Below, piece by piece: positions 1-8,961 of a DNA stretch of 61,618 nucleotides. A program made the position numbers and the translations under genes. The notes beneath the pieces are model-generated. The model searched no databases, was not told the origin of the DNA, and saw nothing but the letters and a program-made list of their open reading frames with translations. Source of the DNA: Spirochaetaceae bacterium (GTDB taxonomy: Bacteria; Spirochaetota; Spirochaetia; DSM-2461); the NCBI GenBank assembly GCA_029210985.1, contig JARGFR010000001.1, forward strand, positions 1 to 61,618, given 5' to 3'. Position 1 is the first letter of the stretch. The number at the start of each line of letters is the position of its first letter.

Positions 1-1380
1 CGGGTACTCTACCAGTACCACACCGGAACGATGACCATGAAGTCCGCGGGACTCAACGATCGGGCGCCGGAGAGCTTCGTGGAAATTTCCCCTCAGGATG
101 CCCGCCAGTTGGGGATTGCCGACGGGTCCCGGGTGGAGAGTTCCCCCGATCGGGGGCATTTCGCCGCTTCTATGGAGGACGCCGGGGTGGCCGCCGGAAG
201 CGAACTCGATGCGTATCTGGATTACTCCCGGCGAATCTGGAACATCACCCACGACATCTTTATGGAGCGCAGTCTTCACGAACCCTCGGACCTACTTCGG
301 GGGCCGGAACTCTGGAAATCCATTTTTCAGCTGGGGCGCATCGACGCCCTGCGGACAATGGATGCTGCCCACAGGCGATTTTTCTCCGATGAGCGGGCGA
401 AGCAGTTTTTCAACCGCTATGCCACATACAACGGGTCGAATCCCTATGCCGTTCCCGCGACGCTGAACATCATTCCCCATGTGGAGTACGGCATCGGGGG
501 ATTTGCGGTGAAGGGCGGCATCGTCGCCATTCCCCGGGCCCTGGAACGGCTGGCCCGGGAACTCGGCGTGGAGATTCATCTGAACGAAAAAGTGGAGCGG
601 ATTCTCACCGAAGGCCAGCCCGGGCGACGATTCGGACGAAACGCAGCCCGGGTCATCGGGATTCGCACCAGTGGGAACTCGCCGGGGGGAAAGCAGGATT
701 TTCCGGCCGACGAGGTGGTGTGCAACGCCGATGTCACCACGGCCTACCGCCACCTCCTGGACGACACAACAGCACCTCTGGCCAAACGGTACCGACGCCT
801 CGAGCCTTCATCCTCGGGTCTGGTGTTCTTCTGGGCCATGGGCTCCGACTATCCCGAGTTCGGCCTGCACAACATCCTGTTTTCCTCCGACTACCCTCGG
901 GAATTCGGCGATATTTTTGAACGCCGCCGAATGCCGGACGAACCGACGGTGTACATCAACATCACATCCAAAGTCGACCGCTGGGATGCGCCGTCCCCGG
1001 GCGAGAACTGGTTTGTCCTGGTGAATGCGCCTCCCGATGAAGGCCAAGACTGGGCCGCCGAGACGTCACGGACCCGGAAAGCAGTGCTGAGCCGTATCGA
1101 GAAAGCCCTGGGCCGGGACGTTTCCGGTGATATCCGCCATGAGTCGGTTCTCGACCCTCCCGCCATCGCCGAACAGACATCCAGCCACCGCGGCAGTTTG
1201 TATGGAATCTCGTCCAACAGCCGGGGAGCGGCCTTCCTGCGCCATCCCAACCGCTCCCGCCGATATCGGGGCCTTTTCTTTGCCGGCGGCAGCGCCCATC
1301 CGGGAGGCGGCATGCCCCTGGTGATGCTCTCGGGGAAGATTGCCGCCGATCTGGTGTTGAAAAACGGAGGCAGACCATGA
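1..1380 (+). CDS. CrtI/CrtD-family carotenoid desaturase, N-terminally incomplete; first ~45 codons look like the C-terminal domain of a formate dehydrogenase alpha subunit
   Basis: C-terminal CrtI signature GLFFAGGSAHPGGGMPLVMLSGK, plus RYATYNGSNPY and YINITSK. No N-terminal GxGxxG. The frame is open from base 1 and reads RVLYQYHTGTMTMKS...FVEISPQDARQLGIADG. Confidence 0.8.
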   Translation, partial: RVLYQYHTGTMTMKSAGLNDRAPESFVEISPQDARQLGIADGSRVESSPDRGHFAASMEDAGVAAGSELDAYLDYSRRIWNITHDIFMERSLHEPSDLLRGPELWKSIFQLGRIDALRTMDAAHRRFFSDERAKQFFNRYATYNGSNPYAVPATLNIIPHVEYGIGGFAVKGGIVAIPRALERLARELGVEIHLNEKVERILTEGQPGRRFGRNAARVIGIRTSGNSPGGKQDFPADEVVCNADVTTAYRHLLDDTTAPLAKRYRRLEPSSSGLVFFWAMGSDYPEFGLHNILFSSDYPREFGDIFERRRMPDEPTVYINITSKVDRWDAPSPGENWFVLVNAPPDEGQDWAAETSRTRKAVLSRIEKALGRDVSGDIRHESVLDPPAIAEQTSSHRGSLYGISSNSRGAAFLRHPNRSRRYRGLFFAGGSAHPGGGMPLVMLSGKIAADLVLKNGGRP

Positions 1381-2111
1381 ACACCGGGAAATCCACACGG
1401 AGGTCCTTGGCCCAAAGGCTGAGGCGGGACGACGCCTTTCAGGCCGGCTTCATCGCCGTCTTCTTTACGGTGGGCATCTTCGGACATGTGTTCCTCCCCG
1501 TATGGATGGTGGTGCTCACACCCCCAGTGCTTTGGGCCTACGGACTGCTGGTAGCGGCCTTCGCCGCAGCGGGAGTCGTCATGGACGGCCTGCGCTCCCG
1601 AGATGACGGCGCGCTCCGGGTCTCTCAAAAAAGAGCCCGGCTGCGCCTGATTACCTGGATCGTCCTCACCTACCTCGTCACGTTTGCCCTGGAAGCGATC
1701 GGGACGGCCACGGGATTGGTGTTCGGCCCCTATGACTACGGAAAGGTCCTGGGCGTCATGGTTCTGGCGGTCCCTGTCGTCATCGGCTTCAATTGGGTTT
1801 TGGTGGTGCTCGGCGCCTTGAGAATTGTTCAGCGATGGCCCTGGTGGGCGGCCATCCCCACTGCGGCCGTCCTCACCACCTCTTTTGACTTCCTGATGGA
1901 ACCGGCGGCCATTCATCTGGGATATTGGAATTGGCATTGGGACGGCATCCCCCCCCAGAACTATATGGCCTGGTTCGTAATTTCCTTTACGGCGGCTGTG
2001 GCCTACCGTGCTCTGCGCATCCGAATCCCGTCCAAACTGCCGGCGTACTACATGCTGATTCAAGCGGTATTCTTTGCGGCGATTAGAATAATCACCCGGG
2101 CTTCCATCTAG
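1377..2111 (+). CDS. cruF: CruF-family carotenoid 1,2-hydratase (membrane protein)
   Basis: Motifs EAIGTATGLVFGPYDYG, VPVVIGFNW, DFLMEPAA, GYWNW, PPQNYMAWF. ATGA overlap with the desaturase gene. Confidence 0.8.
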   Translation: MNTGKSTRRSLAQRLRRDDAFQAGFIAVFFTVGIFGHVFLPVWMVVLTPPVLWAYGLLVAAFAAAGVVMDGLRSRDDGALRVSQKRARLRLITWIVLTYLVTFALEAIGTATGLVFGPYDYGKVLGVMVLAVPVVIGFNWVLVVLGALRIVQRWPWWAAIPTAAVLTTSFDFLMEPAAIHLGYWNWHWDGIPPQNYMAWFVISFTAAVAYRALRIRIPSKLPAYYMLIQAVFFAAIRIITRASI

Positions 2112-2132
2112 GCTACTGCCAACTCCTACTAC

Positions 2133-2154
2133 CGGAGTTTCTATCGAAACTCCG
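2133..2154 (+). terminator. Stem-loop after cruF (possible terminator)
   Basis: cggagtttc-tatc-gaaactccg, a 9 bp perfect stem with a weak U-tail. Confidence 0.4.
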
Positions 2155-2270
2155 TGGTTCTGGGCAGATAATGAATTCATTTGAAAGATTATTGAATAGA
2201 TAAGCGAATATCCTGAATTCAGCCCTGGAACGGTTATGTCCCGGGGAAAACCATTAGGAGGTGGAGAAAT

Positions 2271-3644
2271 ATGAAAAATTTCTCTTTTAAGATCGCAACG
2301 GCTCTGATCCTGGTGCTTCTCATCACCAGCGCTCAGGCTTTTGCGAACGGTTCTTCGTCTAATGAGGTTTCCAGTAAAGTGGAGATTAACATCGCACTGG
2401 CCAACAACCCTCTTTCCCAGGCTCTCGAAAAGATTGCTCGAGAGGAGTATTCGGCCGATGGTGTCACGGTCAACATCTCGGTACTCCCGGAAAATGATCT
2501 TCGCCAGCGACTGACAACTGAAGCGTCCACCGGTGGTACAACCTATGACATGTTCTATATTGGTCCCTACGAAGCTAATAATTGGGCCAGAAACGGTTGG
2601 CTCGAGAATCTTGAACCCTATTTTGACGCCCTTCCCGCCGAGAAACTCGCCTGGTACGACCGAGATGATTTGATCCAAGGTATGGTTGGTTCACTTTCAC
2701 TGGATGGTGATGCATATGCACTTCCTTTCTACGGAGAGAGCTCTTTCATAATGTACAACAAGGAACTCTTCGAGGCGAAGGGTCTTACCATGCCGGATGA
2801 ACCTACCTGGGACGAGATTTACGAATTGGCGAAAGCCATTCACGATCCGGCCAACGGCATTGTCGGCATGACCATGCGCGGCGCCCCCGGTTGGGGTATG
2901 AGCGGCGCCCCCTTCGTCACGATAGTCAACGCTTTTGGTGGTCGATTCTACGATATGAACTGGAACGCAACCATTGATACCCCCGAGCAACGGGGTGCCT
3001 GGCAAATGTACAAGAAGATACTCAGGGAAGCCGGCCAGGAAGATATCCTGTCCTACACCTACAATGAGTGTATCGCTTTGATGCAGTCCGGGAAATGCGG
3101 TATTTACTACGACGCTACTTCCATCGCTCCGCCCCTGGAGAGCGCCGAGTCCTCGGTTGCTGGAAAAGTCGGCTACGTTATGCCGCCTCACCAGAAAATG
3201 AAGTCCAACACCGCCTGGCTGTGGAACTGGGCCATGGGTATCAACCCGAAAAGTTCGGACGCCAAGAAAGAAGCGGTCTTCAACTTCATGATGTGGGCCA
3301 CGTCCAAAGATTTCATCAAATTGACTGTCGAAAGGGATCCCACCGGATCCAGTACCCCGCCGGCTTCCCGGTCGTCAACCTACTCTCTTCCGGCTTATGC
3401 CTCTGCTCCTTATGCAGAGATGACGCTGAAGACCCTGGAATCTACGGACTTCACCAAACCGACACTCGAACCGGTTCCTTATGTCGGATTGCAGTATATT
3501 GCCATTCCTGAGTTCGCCGACGCCGGGACGAAGATGACCGAATATCTTGCCGACTACGTCGTTGATAAAATTTCTCTTGACGAAGCAATTCGCAAGACTC
3601 AAGACCTGTTCAACCAGGTCGCTATTGACGGGGATTACCGTTAA
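2271..3644 (+). CDS. Sugar/polyol ABC transporter substrate-binding protein (SmoE/MtlE-like)
   Basis: Signal peptide ...QAFANG. Motifs LPENDLRQRLTT, ALPFYGESS, WLWNWAMGI, PVPYVGLQYIAIPEF are typical of sorbitol/mannitol SBPs. RBS aggagg. Confidence 0.88.
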   Translation: MKNFSFKIATALILVLLITSAQAFANGSSSNEVSSKVEINIALANNPLSQALEKIAREEYSADGVTVNISVLPENDLRQRLTTEASTGGTTYDMFYIGPYEANNWARNGWLENLEPYFDALPAEKLAWYDRDDLIQGMVGSLSLDGDAYALPFYGESSFIMYNKELFEAKGLTMPDEPTWDEIYELAKAIHDPANGIVGMTMRGAPGWGMSGAPFVTIVNAFGGRFYDMNWNATIDTPEQRGAWQMYKKILREAGQEDILSYTYNECIALMQSGKCGIYYDATSIAPPLESAESSVAGKVGYVMPPHQKMKSNTAWLWNWAMGINPKSSDAKKEAVFNFMMWATSKDFIKLTVERDPTGSSTPPASRSSTYSLPAYASAPYAEMTLKTLESTDFTKPTLEPVPYVGLQYIAIPEFADAGTKMTEYLADYVVDKISLDEAIRKTQDLFNQVAIDGDYR

Positions 3645-3728
3645 TTAGTCAGGCTTTATGCCTACGAAGTGCAGGTTCTTCGGCGATATTCGCGGAAGAA
3701 CCTGCCATTAATAAGGAAGAGTAGGATC

Positions 3729-4619
3729 GTGACCAAGAAGAATAACGATTGGGCATTTCTCTTACCGGCGATGGTCGTCGTCGCTGTAATGACGCAAATA
3801 CCCTTCCTGTTGACAATCGTTTATTCCACTCTTCGGTGGAATCTTGCACGGCCGGACCTGAAAATCAAATTTTCCGGTTTCGCCAACTACGTTCATTTTT
3901 TAAAAATCGATAACATACGTCACATACCAGAGTTTTATAGTATACTTTGGCAAACGATACTCATTACAGCGAGCGTTTTGATTCTCTGCACGTTTTTCGG
4001 GTTTCTCGTCTCCCTGCTGTTGGATCGCAGGTTGCCGGGAATCAATATTGCCCGAACACTTCTACTTGGACCGTTTTTTGTTATGTCGACGGCCAGCGGC
4101 GTCATATGGAAAACAACAATATTCAATACTACATTCGGGTGGTATGGGGTTATTGCTGATTTTCTTGGATTCCAACCGGTCGACCTACTCAGTTACCACC
4201 CGATACCTGTTATCGTATTTCTTTTTATGTGGCGATGGCTGCCATTCTTTGTATTAATCATACTCGCCGGACTTCAAGGTATTCCCGATCATTTGGTGGA
4301 CAGCATGAAGATCGATGGGGTTAATTGGTACCAATCAACCTTTCTCGTCAAACTTCCCTTGATCAGAAACCACATGAGAGTCGCGGTGATGCTGGGTCTA
4401 ATCTTCATTATCAAGGAGTTCGGTCTTATTCTCGTTACAACTGCAGGAGGACCGGGAACCCGATCGTACACTCTACCCTACGCGGTCTATATGCAAGTGT
4501 TCAATGCGTCCAACGTTGGACGGGCCGGTGCGTTGGCAACGATGACTGTGATTCTTGCTCTCATTGTCGTCAACTTGTTGTATCGGTCCATTCGCCGACA
4601 AGGAGCCTCGTATGAATAA
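3729..4619 (+). CDS. Carbohydrate ABC permease (CUT1, MalF/SmoF-like)
   Basis: Hydrophobic helices, EAA-like loop LAGLQGIPDHLVDSMKIDG, TAGGPG. GTG start chosen at 3729. Confidence 0.88.
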   Translation: MTKKNNDWAFLLPAMVVVAVMTQIPFLLTIVYSTLRWNLARPDLKIKFSGFANYVHFLKIDNIRHIPEFYSILWQTILITASVLILCTFFGFLVSLLLDRRLPGINIARTLLLGPFFVMSTASGVIWKTTIFNTTFGWYGVIADFLGFQPVDLLSYHPIPVIVFLFMWRWLPFFVLIILAGLQGIPDHLVDSMKIDGVNWYQSTFLVKLPLIRNHMRVAVMLGLIFIIKEFGLILVTTAGGPGTRSYTLPYAVYMQVFNASNVGRAGALATMTVILALIVVNLLYRSIRRQGASYE

Positions 4620-5445
4620 GACACAAAGAAACATAAAAAAAACGGTTATGACCGTGATTGTTTTTACGTTGGCAATCCTCTATTTTTTCCCCATCCTTTA
4701 CATGTTTATCTCGTCTTTTAAAACCGAAACACAAGCTGTTGCCCCGGCACTGTTTTTCAAACCGACTTTAAGAACATTGGTGAAAGTTCTCGGCGACCCC
4801 AATTTGTTCGGTTATCTCAAAAACTCGTTGATTCAAGTCTCCGGTGGAACAGTTCTGAGCCTCTTAATCGGCACACCGGCGGCCTTTGTTCTGGCTTTTG
4901 GAAAGTTCAAAAAAAAGGAAACAAACGAAAGAGTGTATGTTTGGTTCATTACGACAATTCTCCTGCCTCCTGTTGCGGTTATCATTCCGATTTATACTTG
5001 GTTCCAAAAATTGGGACTCATTGGTTCACCGTTCGGACTCCTGATCGTATACGTGGGTTTTCATGTTCCAATTGTCGTCTGGATGCTCCACTCATTTTTC
5101 TCAGACATGCCGGAGGCACTTCTGGAAGCGGCGGATATCGACGGATGCAGCCGTTTTCAGCAACTTACCCATATTGCCGTTCCCTTGGTCCGTACCGGAA
5201 TTGTCGCAGCGGGTTTGCTGGTAGCGGTTTTTATCTGGAACGAGTTTTTTCTTGGTTTTAATCTCACCGGAAACCAAACAGCGACGTTGCCGGTTTACAT
5301 GGCACGATTTCGAGAGCAGCAAGGACAGTTTGTCGCTCAACTCTCGGCCGCTTCGACTGTGGCCATACTGCCAGCTATCACTCTCGGATGGTTGACTCAA
5401 AAATCACTGGTTAAGGGGCTCACAATGGGAGCAGTGAAAGGATGA
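4612..5445 (+). CDS. Carbohydrate ABC permease (MalG/SmoG-like)
   Basis: EAADIDGCS EAA motif, WNEFF, C-terminal LVKGLTMGAVKG. RBS aggag before ATG 4612. Confidence 0.9.
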   Translation: MNKTQRNIKKTVMTVIVFTLAILYFFPILYMFISSFKTETQAVAPALFFKPTLRTLVKVLGDPNLFGYLKNSLIQVSGGTVLSLLIGTPAAFVLAFGKFKKKETNERVYVWFITTILLPPVAVIIPIYTWFQKLGLIGSPFGLLIVYVGFHVPIVVWMLHSFFSDMPEALLEAADIDGCSRFQQLTHIAVPLVRTGIVAAGLLVAVFIWNEFFLGFNLTGNQTATLPVYMARFREQQGQFVAQLSAASTVAILPAITLGWLTQKSLVKGLTMGAVKG

Positions 5446-5619
5446 GCCATTCAAAAAGGACTGTCGGCATCTTCTACGCGTATTGGACCGATACTTGGGA
5501 CGTAGATTTTATGCCATTTATCGGACGAGTCAGCGGTATGGAGAGACCTTATGCCGGGCATCAACCTCGATGATGAAATTCGTCGGAGTGTGACGTTCGT
5601 ACGGTCGAACCTATGCTGA
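5442..5619 (+). pseudogene. Remnant of a D-psicose/D-tagatose 3-epimerase gene with a large internal deletion
   Basis: ATG 5442 frame reads MSHSKRTVGIFYAYWTDTWDVDFMPFIGRV (family N-terminus). Another frame from 5533 reads AVWRDLMPGINLDDEIRRSVTFVRSNLC* (family C-terminus). Confidence 0.75.
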
Positions 5620-5631
5620 AGGAGGATTGTA

Positions 5632-6435
5632 ATGATACAAAAAATTGAATCGGTAACCGATAAAATATTATTGGTTACCGGTGCAGCCGGCGATATTGGA
5701 TTGAACACAGCGAAATACTTTGCCGCCCTTGGTGCATCGATCGCGATGACGGACCTCAATGAGGAGAAACTCGTAACCGCCGGCAATGTCGTGGAAAAAC
5801 TCGGCGGCAGAGTCAAGACCTACGTTTGTGACGTAACCGATTTTCAAGGTGTCCAAGCTATGGTCGCTTCGGTCGCAGAAGACTTCGGTAAAATCGATTT
5901 TCTATTCAACAACGCCGGTTACCAAGGGATATTCAAGCCGATTCATCAGTATCCTGTTGATGACTTCGAAACGACGATAAAGGTGAATGTTTTAGGCGCG
6001 TTCAATGTCTTACAAGTGGTGGCCGCCCATATGGTGGAGCGAAAATCTGGGTGTATCGTGAATACCGCCAGCATGGCCGGCGTCGACGGTCCACCCAACA
6101 TGCCGGCTTATGGAGCTTCCAAGTTCGCAATCGTCGGTCTTACTCAGTCGGCCGCTAAAGATCTTGCGCCCCATGGTATTCGCGTGAATTCAATTAGTCC
6201 GGCGTTCATGGGACCCGGTTTCATGTGGGATAGACAAGTTGAGCTCCAAGCCGAAGCCGGAAGTCAGTATTTCTCAACAGACCCAAAAATCGTTGCGGAG
6301 CAAATGATCGGTTCGGTCCCTATGCGGAGATACGGTGACATCTCTGAGATTCCACCGGTTGTGGCTTTCCTGCTGGGTGATGACTCGAGCTACATAACCG
6401 GCGTGAATATTCCGATATCGGGAGGTATCGTTTAA
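5632..6435 (+). CDS. SDR-family oxidoreductase (sugar/polyol dehydrogenase)
   Basis: [20 protein letters not shown] aggagg. Confidence 0.9.
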   Translation: MIQKIESVTDKILLVTGAAGDIGLNTAKYFAALGASIAMTDLNEEKLVTAGNVVEKLGGRVKTYVCDVTDFQGVQAMVASVAEDFGKIDFLFNNAGYQGIFKPIHQYPVDDFETTIKVNVLGAFNVLQVVAAHMVERKSGCIVNTASMAGVDGPPNMPAYGASKFAIVGLTQSAAKDLAPHGIRVNSISPAFMGPGFMWDRQVELQAEAGSQYFSTDPKIVAEQMIGSVPMRRYGDISEIPPVVAFLLGDDSSYITGVNIPISGGIV

Positions 6436-7226
6436 TGGGCAACAAAACTATCCTGGAAAGATTAAGTTTGGATGGTCGGACTTCGTTGGTAACCGGAGGC
6501 GGTTCGGGTATCGGTCGAAGTTTTTGCCATGCATTGGGAGAAGCGGGCGCAAAGGTGGCCGTGGTGGATATCGATCTTTCAGCAGCGGAAACCGTTCGCG
6601 ATGAGCTTCTGACAAGAGGGATGCAAGCCGTTGCAATCCGGACGGATGTCACATCGGAATCCGATGTCACCGCAATGGTCGAGCGGGTGGTTGACAAATG
6701 GGGTTCTCTAACGATCGCAATGAACAACGCAGGAATCGGAATTTGGAGGGATTCCATAGACATGACAATGGAAGAGTGGCAAAACGTGATAAACATCAAC
6801 TTGAGCGCCGTATATCTCTGCGCCCGAGAAGAGGCAAAAGTGATGGCGAATTCAGGATATGGAAAGATCGTCAATACTGCCTCAATGTCCGGTCACATAG
6901 TCAACACTCCTCAGAACCAAGCAGCTTACAATACGTCTAAGGCGGGAGTTCTACACCTCACGAAGTCCCTGGCCGCCGAGTGGGCAGCTAAAGGAATTCG
7001 AGTGAACAGTATCAGCCCCGGGTATACAAAAACATTGTTGGTTGAAAAACTCCTGGAAACACCAGAGGGCCAATCGATGCTGCCGAAGTGGCTCGAAAAA
7101 ATCCCCATGAATCGAATGGCGACGCCGGAGGATTTGCAGGGAGCCGCCATTTACCTGTCGAGCGAAGCCTCAGACTATACAACAGGCAGTGATATCATCA
7201 TCGACGGCGGGTACTGTACCTGGTAG
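6435..7226 (+). CDS. SDR-family polyol dehydrogenase (sorbose reductase/arabitol dehydrogenase-like)
   Basis: [47 protein letters not shown] coupling to the previous gene. Confidence 0.88.
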   Translation: MGNKTILERLSLDGRTSLVTGGGSGIGRSFCHALGEAGAKVAVVDIDLSAAETVRDELLTRGMQAVAIRTDVTSESDVTAMVERVVDKWGSLTIAMNNAGIGIWRDSIDMTMEEWQNVININLSAVYLCAREEAKVMANSGYGKIVNTASMSGHIVNTPQNQAAYNTSKAGVLHLTKSLAAEWAAKGIRVNSISPGYTKTLLVEKLLETPEGQSMLPKWLEKIPMNRMATPEDLQGAAIYLSSEASDYTTGSDIIIDGGYCTW

Positions 7227-7332
7227 AATTTCAGCAGCGGATAATCATTTACGGGAGAATGAAGACAAAAACAGATTCCTCGACAATAATTGAAGATATT
7301 CTTTCTCTCAATCGAATCGGCGAATTGACAGG

Positions 7333-8919
7333 ATGAGATGGATTATGAGCGAGTCCGATTACCGAGTCATGCTCGTTGAAGACGAAATACCTATTAGAGA
7401 AGGGATACGGGACGTTATAGAGTGGGAGTCGCTCGGCTTCACATTTCTGGCGGAAGCAAAGAACGGAAAGGAAGCACTCGATCTATTCGAAAAACTCGCC
7501 CCCGACGTCGTGATCACCGATATCCACATGCCAAAGTTGGATGGGTTGTCGTTAACCTCGGCCATTCGTGAACGCACAGACGAGACAAAAATAATCATTC
7601 TCACCGGTTTTGACGATTTCGAATACGCTCGGACAGCTCTCAAGCTTAAAGCGACAGATTATCTCCTAAAGCCTGTTTCACCACAGGAACTGACGAAACT
7701 GTTGATCCAGGTGAAACACGATCTGGATGAGCGAGGTAAAGCGTCCCAAGGAGCCGAAAACAAAAATTCTCCCGATGCCCTCGGACTTGCGCGGCGTCTG
7801 GCCATTATAAAAATGATTTCCGGCATAGAAGACCCCGATTTGGTCTCATCGCTTAAACGCAATGATGATCAAATCGACAAAGCATTGTGGTTCAATTCCG
7901 TTATCTACGATTTCGACCACACACACCGTTCCATCAACCCGGACATGTATCGCGCCCCGTTCAGAACCTTAAATCCCAACCATGTATGGAGCGAAATAAT
8001 GCCGGATCGATCAGGATCTTTAATCGAACTCGTCTTCTCTTCCCGGATTCCATACGCCGAGGTCGATCTGGAATCTCTCACGACCCAAAAAAGAAAACTG
8101 ATAGCAGACGACACCGGGCTATCCATCTCAGCGGGAATCGGCTGTGAAATTTCTGATGTAGCTGGTATTCGTCGTTCCTATGATTCGGCGATCGGCGGCA
8201 TTTCCCACCGTTATATTCACGGAGGCAACGAAAACTATCACATGCAATCCGTGAAGGAATCGAATACCAAGCGTCGTTCCGATACGTCTCTTCGTTTTCA
8301 AAAATCCGTCGCATCCGGTTCCGTCGAAGAATGGCCGGAGTATTTTTCTCAAATCATCGACGAGCTTAAAGAATCCGATGCCCCTGAAGAAGATAGCCTC
8401 GAAACAGTCACTCTGGCAGTCTCCACGATGGTGAATGCATTAAAAAGTAATAATGCGAATTTAAACTCAGATAATATTGAAGACACTCTAATTATTCAAA
8501 AAGCACGATCATATAAAACTATTGACGATCTCCATCGGTGGCTGAGGGAGTTCTTGAGCGAAATTTCCACCAAAATGAAGGATCGACGGCTGGAGACTTA
8601 CTTCGCGACTGCTGAAAAAGCGAAAAGGTATATTAACGATAACTTCATGCACTCTTCTTTAGCCCTCGAGGATTTGTACGAACGTCTCGGTGTCAGTCAA
8701 AGCACCTTATCGAGAATTTTCAATACCTATCTTGATACCAATTTCAGTTCCTACCTCCGGGACGTTCGAATTCGAGCCGCCAAGAAGCTTCTCCGAGAAA
8801 CCGATTTACGGAATAAAGAAATCGCTTTCCAAATCGGCTTTAACAGTCCACACTATTTCAGTCATGTCTTCACCAAACGTGTCGGCTATTCTCCGACGGA
8901 ATACCGCCGAAAAACATAG
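7333..8919 (+). CDS. YesN-like response regulator (REC + C-terminal AraC HTH)
   Basis: LVEDE, ITDIHMP, YLLKPV. C-terminal IGFNSPHYFSHVF...SPTEYR. Start may be 7345. Confidence 0.9.
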   Translation: MRWIMSESDYRVMLVEDEIPIREGIRDVIEWESLGFTFLAEAKNGKEALDLFEKLAPDVVITDIHMPKLDGLSLTSAIRERTDETKIIILTGFDDFEYARTALKLKATDYLLKPVSPQELTKLLIQVKHDLDERGKASQGAENKNSPDALGLARRLAIIKMISGIEDPDLVSSLKRNDDQIDKALWFNSVIYDFDHTHRSINPDMYRAPFRTLNPNHVWSEIMPDRSGSLIELVFSSRIPYAEVDLESLTTQKRKLIADDTGLSISAGIGCEISDVAGIRRSYDSAIGGISHRYIHGGNENYHMQSVKESNTKRRSDTSLRFQKSVASGSVEEWPEYFSQIIDELKESDAPEEDSLETVTLAVSTMVNALKSNNANLNSDNIEDTLIIQKARSYKTIDDLHRWLREFLSEISTKMKDRRLETYFATAEKAKRYINDNFMHSSLALEDLYERLGVSQSTLSRIFNTYLDTNFSSYLRDVRIRAAKKLLRETDLRNKEIAFQIGFNSPHYFSHVFTKRVGYSPTEYRRKT

Positions 8920-8961
8920 AGTTCGCGGCGGTTTCGCACGCAAAAAAGAGGATATCACCCG

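Noticed and set aside
891-2678. 595-aa minus-strand ORF
   Set aside because: Antisense shadow across three well-supported plus-strand genes, with no recognisable motifs.
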